A DNA stretch of 63,683 nucleotides, counting the filler, from Lenisia limosa (taxonomy: Eukaryota; Protista; Breviatea), in assembly GCA_001655205.1 (NCBI GenBank). It is 8 parts of 8 records of this genome, joined end to end, with 100 filler letters (N's around TTAATTAATTAA, not from the genome) between each part and the next. Parts side by side here need not be neighbours in the genome. Positions count along the whole stretch, not along the records: positions 33,988 to 56,127 come from LPNZ01008151.1; positions 56,228 to 58,763 come from LPNZ01005529.1; positions 58,864 to 63,683 come from LPNZ01003121.1; 5 more parts are not named here. One strand, given 5' to 3'. Position 1 is the stretch's first letter; each line of letters starts with the position of its first letter. The notes beneath the pieces are model-generated. The model was not told the DNA's origin. It saw only the letters and a list, made by a program, of their open reading frames with translations, and searched no databases. A program made the position numbers and the translations under genes. Shown in pieces: positions 50,221-61,366 of the stretch.

Positions 50221-51139
50221 GAAGGGAAGGAAAGAGAGGAAGGGAAGGGAGAGGGGTTTATAATCCGAATTAGCTGAGAAATTATCCCGGAATTCGGTTT
50301 TTTTGGGACCGCAGGAAAGCCAATTTATATCTTTGGTTGTTTCACCCCCTCAATACCGCACCAACCGAATAGCCCTTTAGAGTTGCAGAAGTCTTCGGAC
50401 CCGGAAGGGACACACACGCCATTGATCGCTACATTGGTGATTGTTTTCAGACAAGATATAAAAATGTAGATAACTCATTAAAGGGAAATATAAACAATAC
50501 AATCTCCGGACTGCAGAACATATCGATAATATTCTACAATTCTCAAATGATTGTCTCTGATATATGATATATATTATATGCTTAGCATATCCCCCCCCCC
50601 TCCTTGCAGCAATGAACATAATAATACAGATAAAACTCCGAATGATTAGGTAGACTGATTCAACCATAAATAATATCTCTCTATTAACTACATAGCTTCC
50701 GCTTTTAGCAAAGGAGACTGTCGCCAAACACGATAAGTCCTGACACGACTGGCTTAAGATAAAACTCAATATTTACGAAATTATACCTTTGACGCAACTG
50801 CCATACAATCTAACGCCCAGCAGGAGGCATGAGGGTTATAATTATAAACATCTTTATTGTCCTCAACAGAAAACTCCGAGTAACAAAAGGAAACGAGCAA
50901 AAAACGAGGGGGAATTCAATTAGAAAACACTTGAGTCGGAATTATTGTTTTCCTGGAAAAATAGGAAAAAGTTTTACTCCCTGGCCCACATTATAAATAC
51001 TATGTGTATTGACTCCCTTACTACCATCTGTGGTTTTAGTTATAAAAACCTTTATTTACCCCAAATACCATAACAATGGAGACTGGAATCGTAAGGAGCA
51101 GCGATTGGGAGGGCAGCCGTGTCTCNNNNNNNNNNAATT

Positions 51140-51440
51140 CAACTGACAGCTGACAAAGCGATTCTCCAGTTTTTCAGCGATGCTAACATCCTCTCTTCCT
51201 CTAAAACAACACACCAAAGTTGGCTGGTTGGGAGCAGAACAAGTCAACCTGTACCAACAAGATCAATCAACCAAATCCCACGAACAGAGGTAGGCATTGC
51301 ATCGGAAATCGACATTGAAAAGGCAGATTCAGCCCAGCATAGCACAGTTCCGTTGTCTGTGGCCAAAACAGGATTGAGGGCTCCGTCGGCGCTCCAAGAA
51401 ACCACAAAGGCTTCAGCACTAAAAGCTAGATTTTTGTGAC
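51140..51440 (+). pseudogene. Decayed LINE reverse-transcriptase fragment
   Basis: THQSWLVGSRT...IASEIDIEKADSAQH resembles the LINE RT segments NQxGFxxGRS and LDxEKAFDxVxH. Confidence 0.45.
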
Positions 51441-52683
51441 AGGAAGCAAATAGAAGGCCACAGCAAACCTATGAACTCATCCCTGGGCGTTAATGACGTA
51501 ATCGTGGTCAAAACAGATAGAAGAGTGACAATTAGTGCAAACAGGAACATGTTTTGCTCAAGAACAAGTACTTGCCGAGTTCGATTCTTAATTAATTAAC
51601 AAAGATACACATATATTATCATTTTATATTCACTGACCGACATTATGGTTTGAAACGACTTTAAATTTTCAAAAAATAAATAGAATATTCCCCGGGCCGG
51701 GCCCTGCATGGAAGGTGGGGACCCACGGTTGGACCGGGGGACCGGGGAATCCCCCCAGGTCGATGTAACATTGGTAACATTGTAAAGATTGGCAGGCAAT
51801 ATGGGCTGTGAAGGTTTCTCCATGATGAAATAGAGCAAATTCTTGAGTAGTAAGACACTGAAATCGACTGAAAGGACCTACCAAAAGGGAAACCTGGATG
51901 GAACGAGACGGCTAAATGCCACGGTGAAGACGATCTGTGCTTGATACTCTTATGTTAGCCGTTGGCGGCAAGCCAGCGTTATCAATACCCGGGCCGCTAC
52001 ATTGTAAGACATTGTAGACTACATAGCCCAAAATGCTTGTTGGATATAAACTTGCATTACAAGAATTGCAAGTTTGCTGCAAGTTTACTCCTTACTCTCC
52101 CACTTCTCCTGTCTTTTCTTTGATTGGGAAAAACGACCAACGAGACAGCGACGACAACGCCCGTCATCGTCTTCACAGGAGAAAAGGACAGCATGTTTGA
52201 AGGGCTATCGGGACTACTACCACCTCACTTACTACTGTACTCTTCTTCTGTGGTGTGACTCTGTGTGACTGAGATACTGAAGAGTGTGAAGAGACAGGGG
52301 ACTGACCCCAGTGCCATATCATATGCTATATGATATATGTTCCTGTTATCGATATCATAGGTTCTTTTTGAAGCAACATAGCCAATCACCCAAATAAGCC
52401 AATTTTTATACTGGTCCAAGGCCCTCATGGGTGGGTCAGTCCCTGGAAGAGACAGAAGCAGGCCCAGAAGAAAGAGAGCTAAATGTTACATAATTTGTAC
52501 ATTTAGTGCATTTTATCACATCCACCTTTTTGTCTTCTTTTTGGTCAAAATTGCTTTGTTTTGATGATATTGATGATCCTTTTCTCGAAACTGTTGATTT
52601 TCTCACTAAAAAGGGTGTTATTGAAGGGATTTTTGACTCCAATCATGTTCGCACTTTTAAACACCAAACTAAAAATATGTATT

Positions 52684-53279
52684 GTGGGTCCTCAAAGCTC
52701 ATTCAAAATTCCCGGACACATCAAAACTTCCGGACAGCTTGAAGTTGACACCTTGTATAGGCCATTGCTAGTGTTTTTTGAAAAAATGNNNNNNNNNNNN
52801 NNNNNNNNNNNNNNNNNNNNNNNNNNNNNNNNNNNNNNNNNNNNNNNNNNNNNNNNNNNNNNNNNNNNNNNNNNNNNNNNNNNNNNNNNNNNNNNNNNNN
52901 NNNNNNNNNNNNNNNNNNNNNNNNNNATTGTCCCCCTCGGAGTAATTGTAATTGGTTCCGGGTTCCCATTTGCTTTGGCTATGTAATGGTGAATTTTGAG
53001 GGAAAAAAATGCTAAAAATAGCACTGTCTACAAGGGTATACTTTCCCGGATAATTGCCTTTTATTCCTTGAATATGGCCTTTTATAATGGTTTTTGCTTG
53101 ACAGTATTTGGACCATTAACAGAGAGCTCAGGGACTTAATTTGGTTTTGACCCGACAATATGTTAAATTGGGGTTTCATGCTTTAATTAAGATTGAGATT
53201 ACTTTCGAAAACAAAAGAAAAATAGGGTTTTTGGGTGGTTTATGGTGATTATGTAGGGGAAAACTCAAGCTGTCCGGGA
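52684..53279. mobile_element. Family D element, opposite orientation
   Basis: Begins gtgggtcctcaaagctc... and is the reverse complement of 47605-48248 across two N gaps. Confidence 0.9.
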
Positions 53280-53290
53280 NNNNNNNNNNT

Positions 53291-53640
53291 ATCCTATTAT
53301 GTATTATGAGAGTTTTTTTGAAGTATCTGTTATTCATGCATAATTGTCAAACAGCTTCAATTGGATAATGTTTGCCTGTTTTTTACCATTTGAAGGGTAA
53401 ACTTCCCAATGAGCTCAACTTTCGGTCACACTTCCACCACGGACTCAACATGACACAAGTAAGGCTTTTCTTGAGGGATTGAAGGGCATGTTCATTTTTT
53501 AGATCGCCTTATTCACCAATCTCCACCAGAACGGCCTTAGGGCTGAGTCTCTTCAGCTATCCAATTATAATTACTGAACAGTTCTGGAGGTACCACACTA
53601 TTTCCCCCATCTTACCCTCCCCTCCATCTTAGGTGCTATC
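53291..53640 (+). repeat. Partial duplicate of the ankyrin gene: 48430-48712 joined to 49975-50035
   Basis: Near-identical exons GKLPNELNFRSHFHHGLNMTQ and IALFTNLHQNGLRAESLQLS, then a jump to cagttctggaggtaccacactatttccccc. Confidence 0.85.
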
Positions 53641-53717
53641 GCAACGCACGGCTCCACAAGCAGCGGAGTGCTGCTTAGTACATGTCCGCATACCCAACGG
53701 TGTCGGCTCAACAGTCA

Positions 53718-54070
53718 GTTCAGTGAGAGGGCTTTGAAGTTGTTAGACACTTCCACTGATTAAGTTCAGCCCAAAGCCCGTGCGTTAATTTTGGATTACG
53801 AGCCTAAAGTTTGTGCTGGAGCCAAGCCTATCATGTATTTAACGTCAAATTAGATTTAGTTGTTTCGTCAGTTTTTATTATTATTATNNNNNNNNNNGGG
53901 GCTTTGAAGTTGTTAGACACTGTTTCCACTGATTAAGTTCAGCCCACAGCCCGTGCGTTAATTTTGGATTACGAGCCGAAAGTTTGAGCTGGAGCCAAGC
54001 CTATCATGTATTTAACATCAAATTAGGTTTAGTTGTTTCGTCAGTTTTTATTATTATTATTATTATTATT
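53718..54070 (+). repeat. ~170-bp tandem duplication across a 10-N gap
   Basis: gggctttgaagttgttagacac...tttttattattatta repeated with a few differences. Confidence 0.8.
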
Positions 54071-54109
54071 TATTGTGCCGAAAAAATAATACCATGGTGC
54101 ATGTGTCGG

Positions 54110-54992
54110 ACCAGACTTAAACGATGCTAACGATAACAGCAACAGTTAAATATTTCTGTCAGCAAGAAGACAGAAAAGCAGGTATACAGAGAAGAATGAC
54201 CGTAAGGATGAACTGGAAGGCGAATGTGATCTGCCCGGTCAGACAAATATAAAGTTGTGTATGTTAGGTATTTTATAAGATGAATAGTTCCATCCTACAG
54301 TAGCGATCCAGAAAAAATGCCTCAATTTGCCTGCAAAAGGTCGGTCTAAATCATCAGATATCTGTTGGCATTGNNNNNNNNNNTAAGAGCTGAAGCCTGC
54401 GGGGATAATCCGCTGAGCATATTGAAGGGTCTAAAATGTAATGTCAGAGTCAGGGAGATATGATGATTGACTTCGATAAGCCTAGAAGCAACACACGTTC
54501 ATTTGGTTCTGATNNNNNNNNNNGACTTAAACGATGCCGAACGATAACAGCAACAATTAAATATTTCTGTCAGCGAGAAGACAGAAAAGCAGGTGTACAG
54601 AGAAGAGGGTAGCAATGACCGTAAGGATGAACTGGAAGGCGAATGTGATCTGCCCGGTCAGACAAATAGAAATTGTGTATGTTAGGTATTTCATAAGATG
54701 AATAGTTCCATCCTACAGTAGCGATCCAGTAAAATGCCTCAATTTGCCTGCAAAAGGTCGGTCTAAATCATCAGATATCTGTTGGCATTGAAAGCATTCA
54801 ATTATCGTGTGAGGAGAGTGTATGTTCCGTTTTAACCAGCCACGACCTGTTATCAAGTGTTGGTTTCCACCACAACTTACAAGAGTTGAAGCCTGCGGGG
54901 ATAATCCGCTGAGCATATTGAAGAGTCTAAAATGTAATGTCAGAGTCAGGAGATATGATGATTGACTTCGATAAGCCTAGAAGCAACACACG
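54110..54992 (+). repeat. ~400-bp tandem duplication across 10-N gaps
   Basis: gacttaaacgatgc...gttcatttggttctgat occurs at 54114-54513 and again from 54524; the first copy lacks the segment present at ~54794-54880. Confidence 0.8.
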
Positions 54993-56227
54993 TTCATTTG
55001 GTTCTGATTGAGCTGAATGTCGTTTTAATACAGTTGTAAAGGATATATTAAACCAGACCCCCACTGAGGAACTTGACCCCCTCCCCCCCGCTGAGGAATG
55101 ATCTGAAACCAGCAAAGGTGAAAATGAAGAGGACGAGCATCATCAAACAAATGACCCCTAGAATCACTGTAGTCTAAGGAGTGTCAGCAGTATATTACAT
55201 ACAACAAGGGGTGTCATAGATGAAATAAATATATCAAGGGGTGACAGCATATGCTCGCGTCCTAAATTAGGTAGGTCATTAATTGTTATTTTGCGTTTTA
55301 AAGCCGGAGAAACCAATTTTTAGTCCAGTTTTCATACCACATTCAAATTCTGGGTTAGTTTTGAGTTTTTTAAGAATTTATTTTTTTCACGCACAACCTT
55401 TCGGATGAGAATTATATGCATTTTTCCGACTAAAAAAGTTAGGGGCCATTCTAAACAACTCTAGTAAATTTAGTGGAATCCAACGCTAAACAAGCAAGAT
55501 GCAGATAAAAACCAACATATTCCTGTAAAAATTTCTGTCACAATCCAAAGGACTTGCCTTATATGGGAAAACAACGGAAAATTCCAAAAATCTGTAATTT
55601 ATTAACATCTTTGACAGGTTTCGACTTTTGAGAGTTTATATAGCGGAAACAACTTTGTTTCTCATATTAAAGTATATTTGCTTGAAATAATTTCAACAAG
55701 TATCGCACAATTGTTTGGTGCTGATCTTGTGTAGATTTGGCCTCACCACCAAAGATCAATAGCTTTTAGCTCACCAAAATAACCATTATTCATTAATACT
55801 TGTTGGTTTTCAGTCTTGGAAATGAATATTTGGAATACGTGCAAATGTGGAGATATAAGTTGGCGAATTAGCCATTTGACCCGATTGTTATTACAACATA
55901 AATTAATATAATGAAACTGCAAAGTAGAATTCATTTTTATGAGTAAAAAAGGTGTATGAAGATTAACCATCAGAGATTTAGAATTACTAGTCGTAGTCCT
56001 CAATTTTGTCATTCTTCTCATTCTCCTGAAAAGCGTACGATGTCAGAAATACTTGAATAGATTTCCCAAATTATTGAAAAACATACGGCCAAAAGGTGAA
56101 ATCGTCGCCACTTCACTTCCAGCTGAGNNNNNNNNNNNNNNNNNNNNNNNNNNNNNNNNNNNNNNNNNNNNTTAATTAATTAANNNNNNNNNNNNNNNNN
56201 NNNNNNNNNNNNNNNNNNNNNNNNNNN

Positions 56228-56279
56228 GATCCGCATTTTGTCCACTGATCCGCATTTTGTCCAGTGATCCGCATTTTGA
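56228..56279 (+). repeat. 19-nt tandem repeat, about 2.7 units
   Basis: gatccgcattttgtcca(c/g)t. Confidence 0.85.
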
Positions 56280-56440
56280 CTATATATGATATATAAAGGA
56301 TATAGAGGGTATTTGAAAATCACTCCTTGTTTTGTAAAAACAAAAGAAATGTCAAATTCTTGATATATCCTTGATAAATATTGATATTTTCCTCCCATAG
56401 TAGAATATCGAAACACTCAATCAACAACGTCATACCCCAA

Positions 56441-56517
56441 TAGCGCTTCACTTTATGTTCCAAACCAGATAAATATCTCGATAATTTCAGTTCTTTTTCT
56501 GACAGTTGGGAGATCCT
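56441..56517. mobile_element. MITE family A, degenerate copy with mixed termini
   Basis: Left tagcgcttcactttatgttcc, core tctcgataatttc, right tctttttctgacagttgggag. Confidence 0.55.
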
Positions 56518-56537
56518 GTCAGATACCCCCATAATAC

Positions 56538-57955
56538 CTCTTTCAGCAGGAAGGATGTTGAAACACATATCCAAAAGGCTGTCAAAGAGCTCCTTCGGAC
56601 TGCATGCTTGACTCAGTCTTGCCTGTGGGGATAAGGCCGGATTAAAAGGTAATATAGGGGGGAGAGGGGGGAGGGGGGATCAGATATATACATTTTCGCA
56701 CCTCTTCCCTCCGCCTATTTTGGGATATCTCATTCATTTTCCGATTTTACCCTCCCAGATGCCGGTCTTTTGTTTCATAATTTTTATTTTATTGTACCCC
56801 CCACCTGGACAGAAAGGGCCACTCGAAGTTTGTCGTAGTCGTTTTGGAGGGTTGCAATATCCGCTACTTCCTAATATGGTAAGTTTATGGTAAGTTGAAC
56901 ATACACCTTTTCCCCATTGTTCATTGAAAATAAGAATTATTTAACAATATTTCCCATGCTCATGTTCAAATAAACAGAGATAATACCAATAAAAGCAACA
57001 ATAAAAAGAAACAAAACAAATAAAAGCCGTCAAGATTACCTGAGCAGGCTTGAACACACTTGCAGAAGGGCTCTCTGTCGGCACTGTAGCCTCAAACAAC
57101 ACACCTTCCTGACTAATAGACCGGTTCCGAACATGAACTTGGTTGCTAAATATGGTAAGTAAGGGGGGTTGCGAAATATGGTAAGTATGGTATCCCGATT
57201 TGTTTTCTTACTTCACTAGATCTTATTCATATAGTATATTATATGATTTGATTATTGCTCTCGAAAAAAGAACCGCTTACGTCTGTCCCGGCAGCTTGAA
57301 CACCATTTTCGTTGCACCGATGACGACAACGTCCCCTTCGTTTAACGGGACTTCACCTGTGACCATGCAGCCATTGACGAAAGTGCCATTGGAAGACCCC
57401 TCGTCCCTCACAACGAAGCCCTCAGTGGTTTGGTATATTGCACAATGTCTCTTGCTCACTCGGGGGTCGATAACTCCTGGGGGGGGGGATGANNNNNNNN
57501 NNNNNNNNNNNNNNNNNNNNNNNNNNNNNNNNNNNNNNNNNNNNNNNNNNNNNNNNNNNNNNNNNNNNNNNNNNNNNNNNNNNNNNNNNNNNNNNNNNNN
57601 NNNNNNNNNNNNNNNNNNNNNNNNNNNNNNNNNNNNNNNNNNNNNNNNNNNNNNNNNNNNNNNNNNNNNNNNNNNNNNNNNNNNNNNNNNNNNNNNNNNN
57701 NNNNNNNNNNNNNNNNNNNNNNNNNNNNNNNNNNNNNNNNNNNNNNNNNNNNNNNNNNNNNNNNNNNNNNNNNNNNNNNATATCATACAGAGGCTGCGAT
57801 AAGTCCTGACACAGATATTGAGCTTCCTCTTTAGTCAATCGTTTAGGGACTTGGTCACTGTACATACATATGTATATTTGCTAAAATATGCTATATCATG
57901 TGGACATTTCCCCCCACTGAAGGAATTGCTGGGGTGTCTGCCCATTGTGACAACT
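56538..57955 (-). CDS. FHA-domain protein followed by a GAF-like domain (partial at both ends)
   Basis: VVTMGRHPSN..IDPRVSKRHCAIY...VVRDEGSSNGTFVNG...LNEGDVVVIGAT (FHA GR, SxxH and NG motifs); later exons DYDKLRVALSVQ|ARLSQACSPKELFDSLLDMCFNILPAERG (GAF N-terminal helices). Confidence 0.75.
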
Positions 57956-58863
57956 TTCTCGTGTAAGTACACAATGGACTAAATTGTTACACCAACATAA
58001 TTATCTGAAACGTTTAAAGAACATTTGCGTGTAGGATATAATGGTGAATCAAGGGATGGAAAATGAACATGATTATGATTGAACAAATTGTTATGTCAAC
58101 AAAAATGACATAATTGTTATTCAACACAATTACCGAAAGGTTTCAAGAACATGTAAAAATCAATGGAAAATGTATAATATCTAGATTATTTGTTTCCCCT
58201 AGATTTTCAACAAAAAACAAAAAGCCCTACCTTCGGTTCATCATCAAGATCATGTGCAGTCTCTAAAACACCCACTAAATACAATAAATAAGGAACTGAA
58301 CTGAAATAAGAGTGAACATTTTATTCCATTTCTGACAAAAAAAAGGCAATTAAAAAGAATGCCAACCATTATCTTGGACAAGATTAGTGGCGAGGGTGTC
58401 ACTACGTGCAAGCCTGGAAATGTAAGGTGGAAATGCTACTTATGTAAGGTGAAAATGTAAATGGTACTAATGTGAGGGGGGAACTGTTACTTACAATATA
58501 AAACAACAACAACCCCTTATACGATCTCTGAGAGTCCTTGAAGCCTGCAATGAGAGCGTCCGTTGATAGCGTCTGGCTCAAGGCCCCTGAAATTGTCAGT
58601 AAAGTAACATGGAGAATGGGGCAAAGGGAAACTGAGAAAAGCCTTTTACAACATATTACGCAACTATAGAAATGAAATTGTGAGCGGGGTGGAATAGATA
58701 GAGCAAAGGAAATGTCAGTAAAGTAACCTGGAAAAAGGAGTAAAGCACCATTACCCCACCCCCNNNNNNNNNNNNNNNNNNNNNNNNNNNNNNNNNNNNN
58801 NNNNNNNTTAATTAATTAANNNNNNNNNNNNNNNNNNNNNNNNNNNNNNNNNNNNNNNNNNNN

Positions 58864-59975
58864 GCCGTGCATGCTGGGGGTCTGGAAGTGTGAAAGAAGA
58901 AACAAAAAGGGAACAACGCAATTGATTGATATGTGCACTTACCCAATCCAAGAGTGATGCAGTCTTCGTCAGACACACGACGGAGGATCTCATGCGCCTG
59001 CTCGGCTGTCATTTCGAACTTCTTCTCTTCGTTCTCAATGTCCTTGCCCTTGTGTTCGCACATGATCTTCAGGCCATCCTAAACCATCACAGCTGCCCAG
59101 ACGTGGAGATAAGGATATAATCCATCCTGTCCCCCACCCCACCTGTCTGTACTGGGGCTGGTGAGCACCACAACCGCCAATGCCAACGTCAACACTGTCG
59201 TCCTGCTTGGCAAGGCCGTCATCTTCATTCTTCTTGCACGTCTTACGGCTACCGCAGATCTTGGCAACTTCCCGAAGTCTGTTCAATGAGGGGTGCTAGA
59301 GGCAATCCACTTGGTGGTTTATAAGAAAATACAAGCACAAAGGCGGACAAGTACATGAGGCTCCCGTTTTCCTAACTCTTATTATTCATGTTACCCCACT
59401 CCTTACAAACAAGGAAAAACAACCACACAGACCTGTTAGCACCGGGGGGAAGGTGACTAATTTGACGCATGGCTGGATCATCTTTGTCAACAAGGAGGCG
59501 TGAGCAACGGACACACACCGATCTGAGTACACGAAGCGTGGGCCTCATCATATGAATGTGAAACATCGGTTTTGAGAGGTCAATGTAGCCGAAATGACCT
59601 AGGTACAGTTAAGAGAAGACCAGGGTGATCACTTAAAAAGCTGAGCAACAACTCACCGGGACAATCGACACTGTCACAGCCGCAAGTACCACAAGCTGTG
59701 CCATGATCAACGGTTCCCATCCTTGGATCACTTAAACCGTCTACAAGGTTAACCCCACCATCTGTATAGCAATCCTACGAAGCTGAGGCTGTCCATTAAT
59801 TAACGTTTCGTGATGCTTGACCTCAATAACACTCATGGCTTTCTGAAAAAGGGAAAATAAGGAGAAAAATAACCATTTTACAAACAATTTCTTCAGGTGA
59901 CAAAATGCCAAATTGGACTGCAGTGACCTCTCCCTGAGGCGCAGGCGAGTCGCCTGCCGGATCCTTTTGGAACAT
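58864..59975 (-). CDS. RPB1: RNA polymerase II largest subunit, 5' exons (rest lost at spacer)
   Basis: MFQKDPAGDSPAP..VTAVQFGILSPEEI, DPRMGTVD..CGTC...CPGHFGYIDLSKPMFH, VCVRCSRLL, GGCGAHQPQYR, AHEILRRVSDEDC..LG, HARP. Confidence 0.92.
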
Positions 59976-61366
59976 CCTTAGTTAGAGCGGATAAACCTCT
60001 TCTAAAACGGATTTCCAATGAAATAAGCCCAACAGGTTAGGCGACGTTACTAAAGAACTTCAATAATATTCTCAAGTAATATTTTTTTCAAAAAATTTTA
60101 TTTAAATATTTGGACCCGTGTTATACACTATATAAGCAAAAATTTCTCAAGATTTTTGTAAACTATCACAATACAATAAAAAGGATTTTTTTTGGTTTCT
60201 CTCATTCTCTCACAGGGGACTCGAGGACTGCCGTGGACTGCCCCCCCCCCCCNNNNNNNNNNNNNNNNNNNNNNNNNNNNNNNNNNNNNNNNNNNNNNNN
60301 NNNAGTATTATTACTAGGAAAATGTAAATTCCCAGGAAAGTAAGAAAGGCTCTTCTACCCACTTCTATTCATAATACAGCTGATTTTTTTTTAAAAAAAA
60401 ATAATTGTGAACGAGAAGCTTGTGATATTTACATTTCTCTTGACCCTCCAGATATGTCAGTTTCTTTCAAAACGATACATCAGTACATCTCGCAACACCC
60501 AAACCCTTTAAGTCTTGAAAACAAAGGCCAGTTTTTGACATTATGTGCAGCGTTAGTTACAGGTTTGCTGCAAGACTGGCCTCTCTTTTTGTCAAAACTC
60601 TGACGAGTTCAGGTCAACAACTCGGACCACAGTCAACACCAAGACTCGCCCCAGCCACTCCACGAGGTGCCCAGGCTGATGTTGTGTCCCAGGCTACTGG
60701 TCTCCATATGTCACCGCGACCAGGCTCAAGAGGTGGGGTGATCATCCTATGATAGTTACAACTGTGTTCCTTACCTATAACGGTCAAGGAGGGCGAATTC
60801 CGCGAGAACCTAGTCTGCAAACGGTGACAGAAGCCAATGGCGATTCCGCCAATGCCTTTGCGCCGAGCGACCAGCACTACGTGATGGCTCCCAAAGGCGT
60901 ACCAGGCTTGAGTTTAGCTACCAAATGTGAGATTCGCGTGGGTATTATATGACTTTTCCGAACAACAACACAACCCTTTTGAGCTTTACGGTGTCTTTTG
61001 CTTATTCGACCCAGTAATACAACCCCCTTCCGAACCACAACAACCTGAGGTACAACCCAATCCACAAGGTATTTGAGATTCTCGTCTTGTCATATGTATA
61101 CATATACTATATGAAGAAAATACTAAAATGGAGGATACCATACTCATTTTCTTCCAGCATGAATTCTGAATAATTCTCACCATTATCACATTTTGAGCGA
61201 AAGAAAAAAGTCATTCAAAATCACTCCACCAGACCCAAATAAGACCATTCCAGCACCCCCTCTATTCCTCAAAACCCCGACTAACCCACATCATTTTTAA
61301 AAAACCCTAGCACCCCCCACCGGGCCCGATCCTGTCAGTTTGCTCTTCTCTACCTTTACAACGTAC

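Noticed and set aside
60600-61070. Coding-like GC-richer segment between RPB1 and the armadillo gene
   Set aside because: Open frames exist on both strands with plausible splice sites, but I could not choose a strand or recognise a motif, so I left it unannotated.
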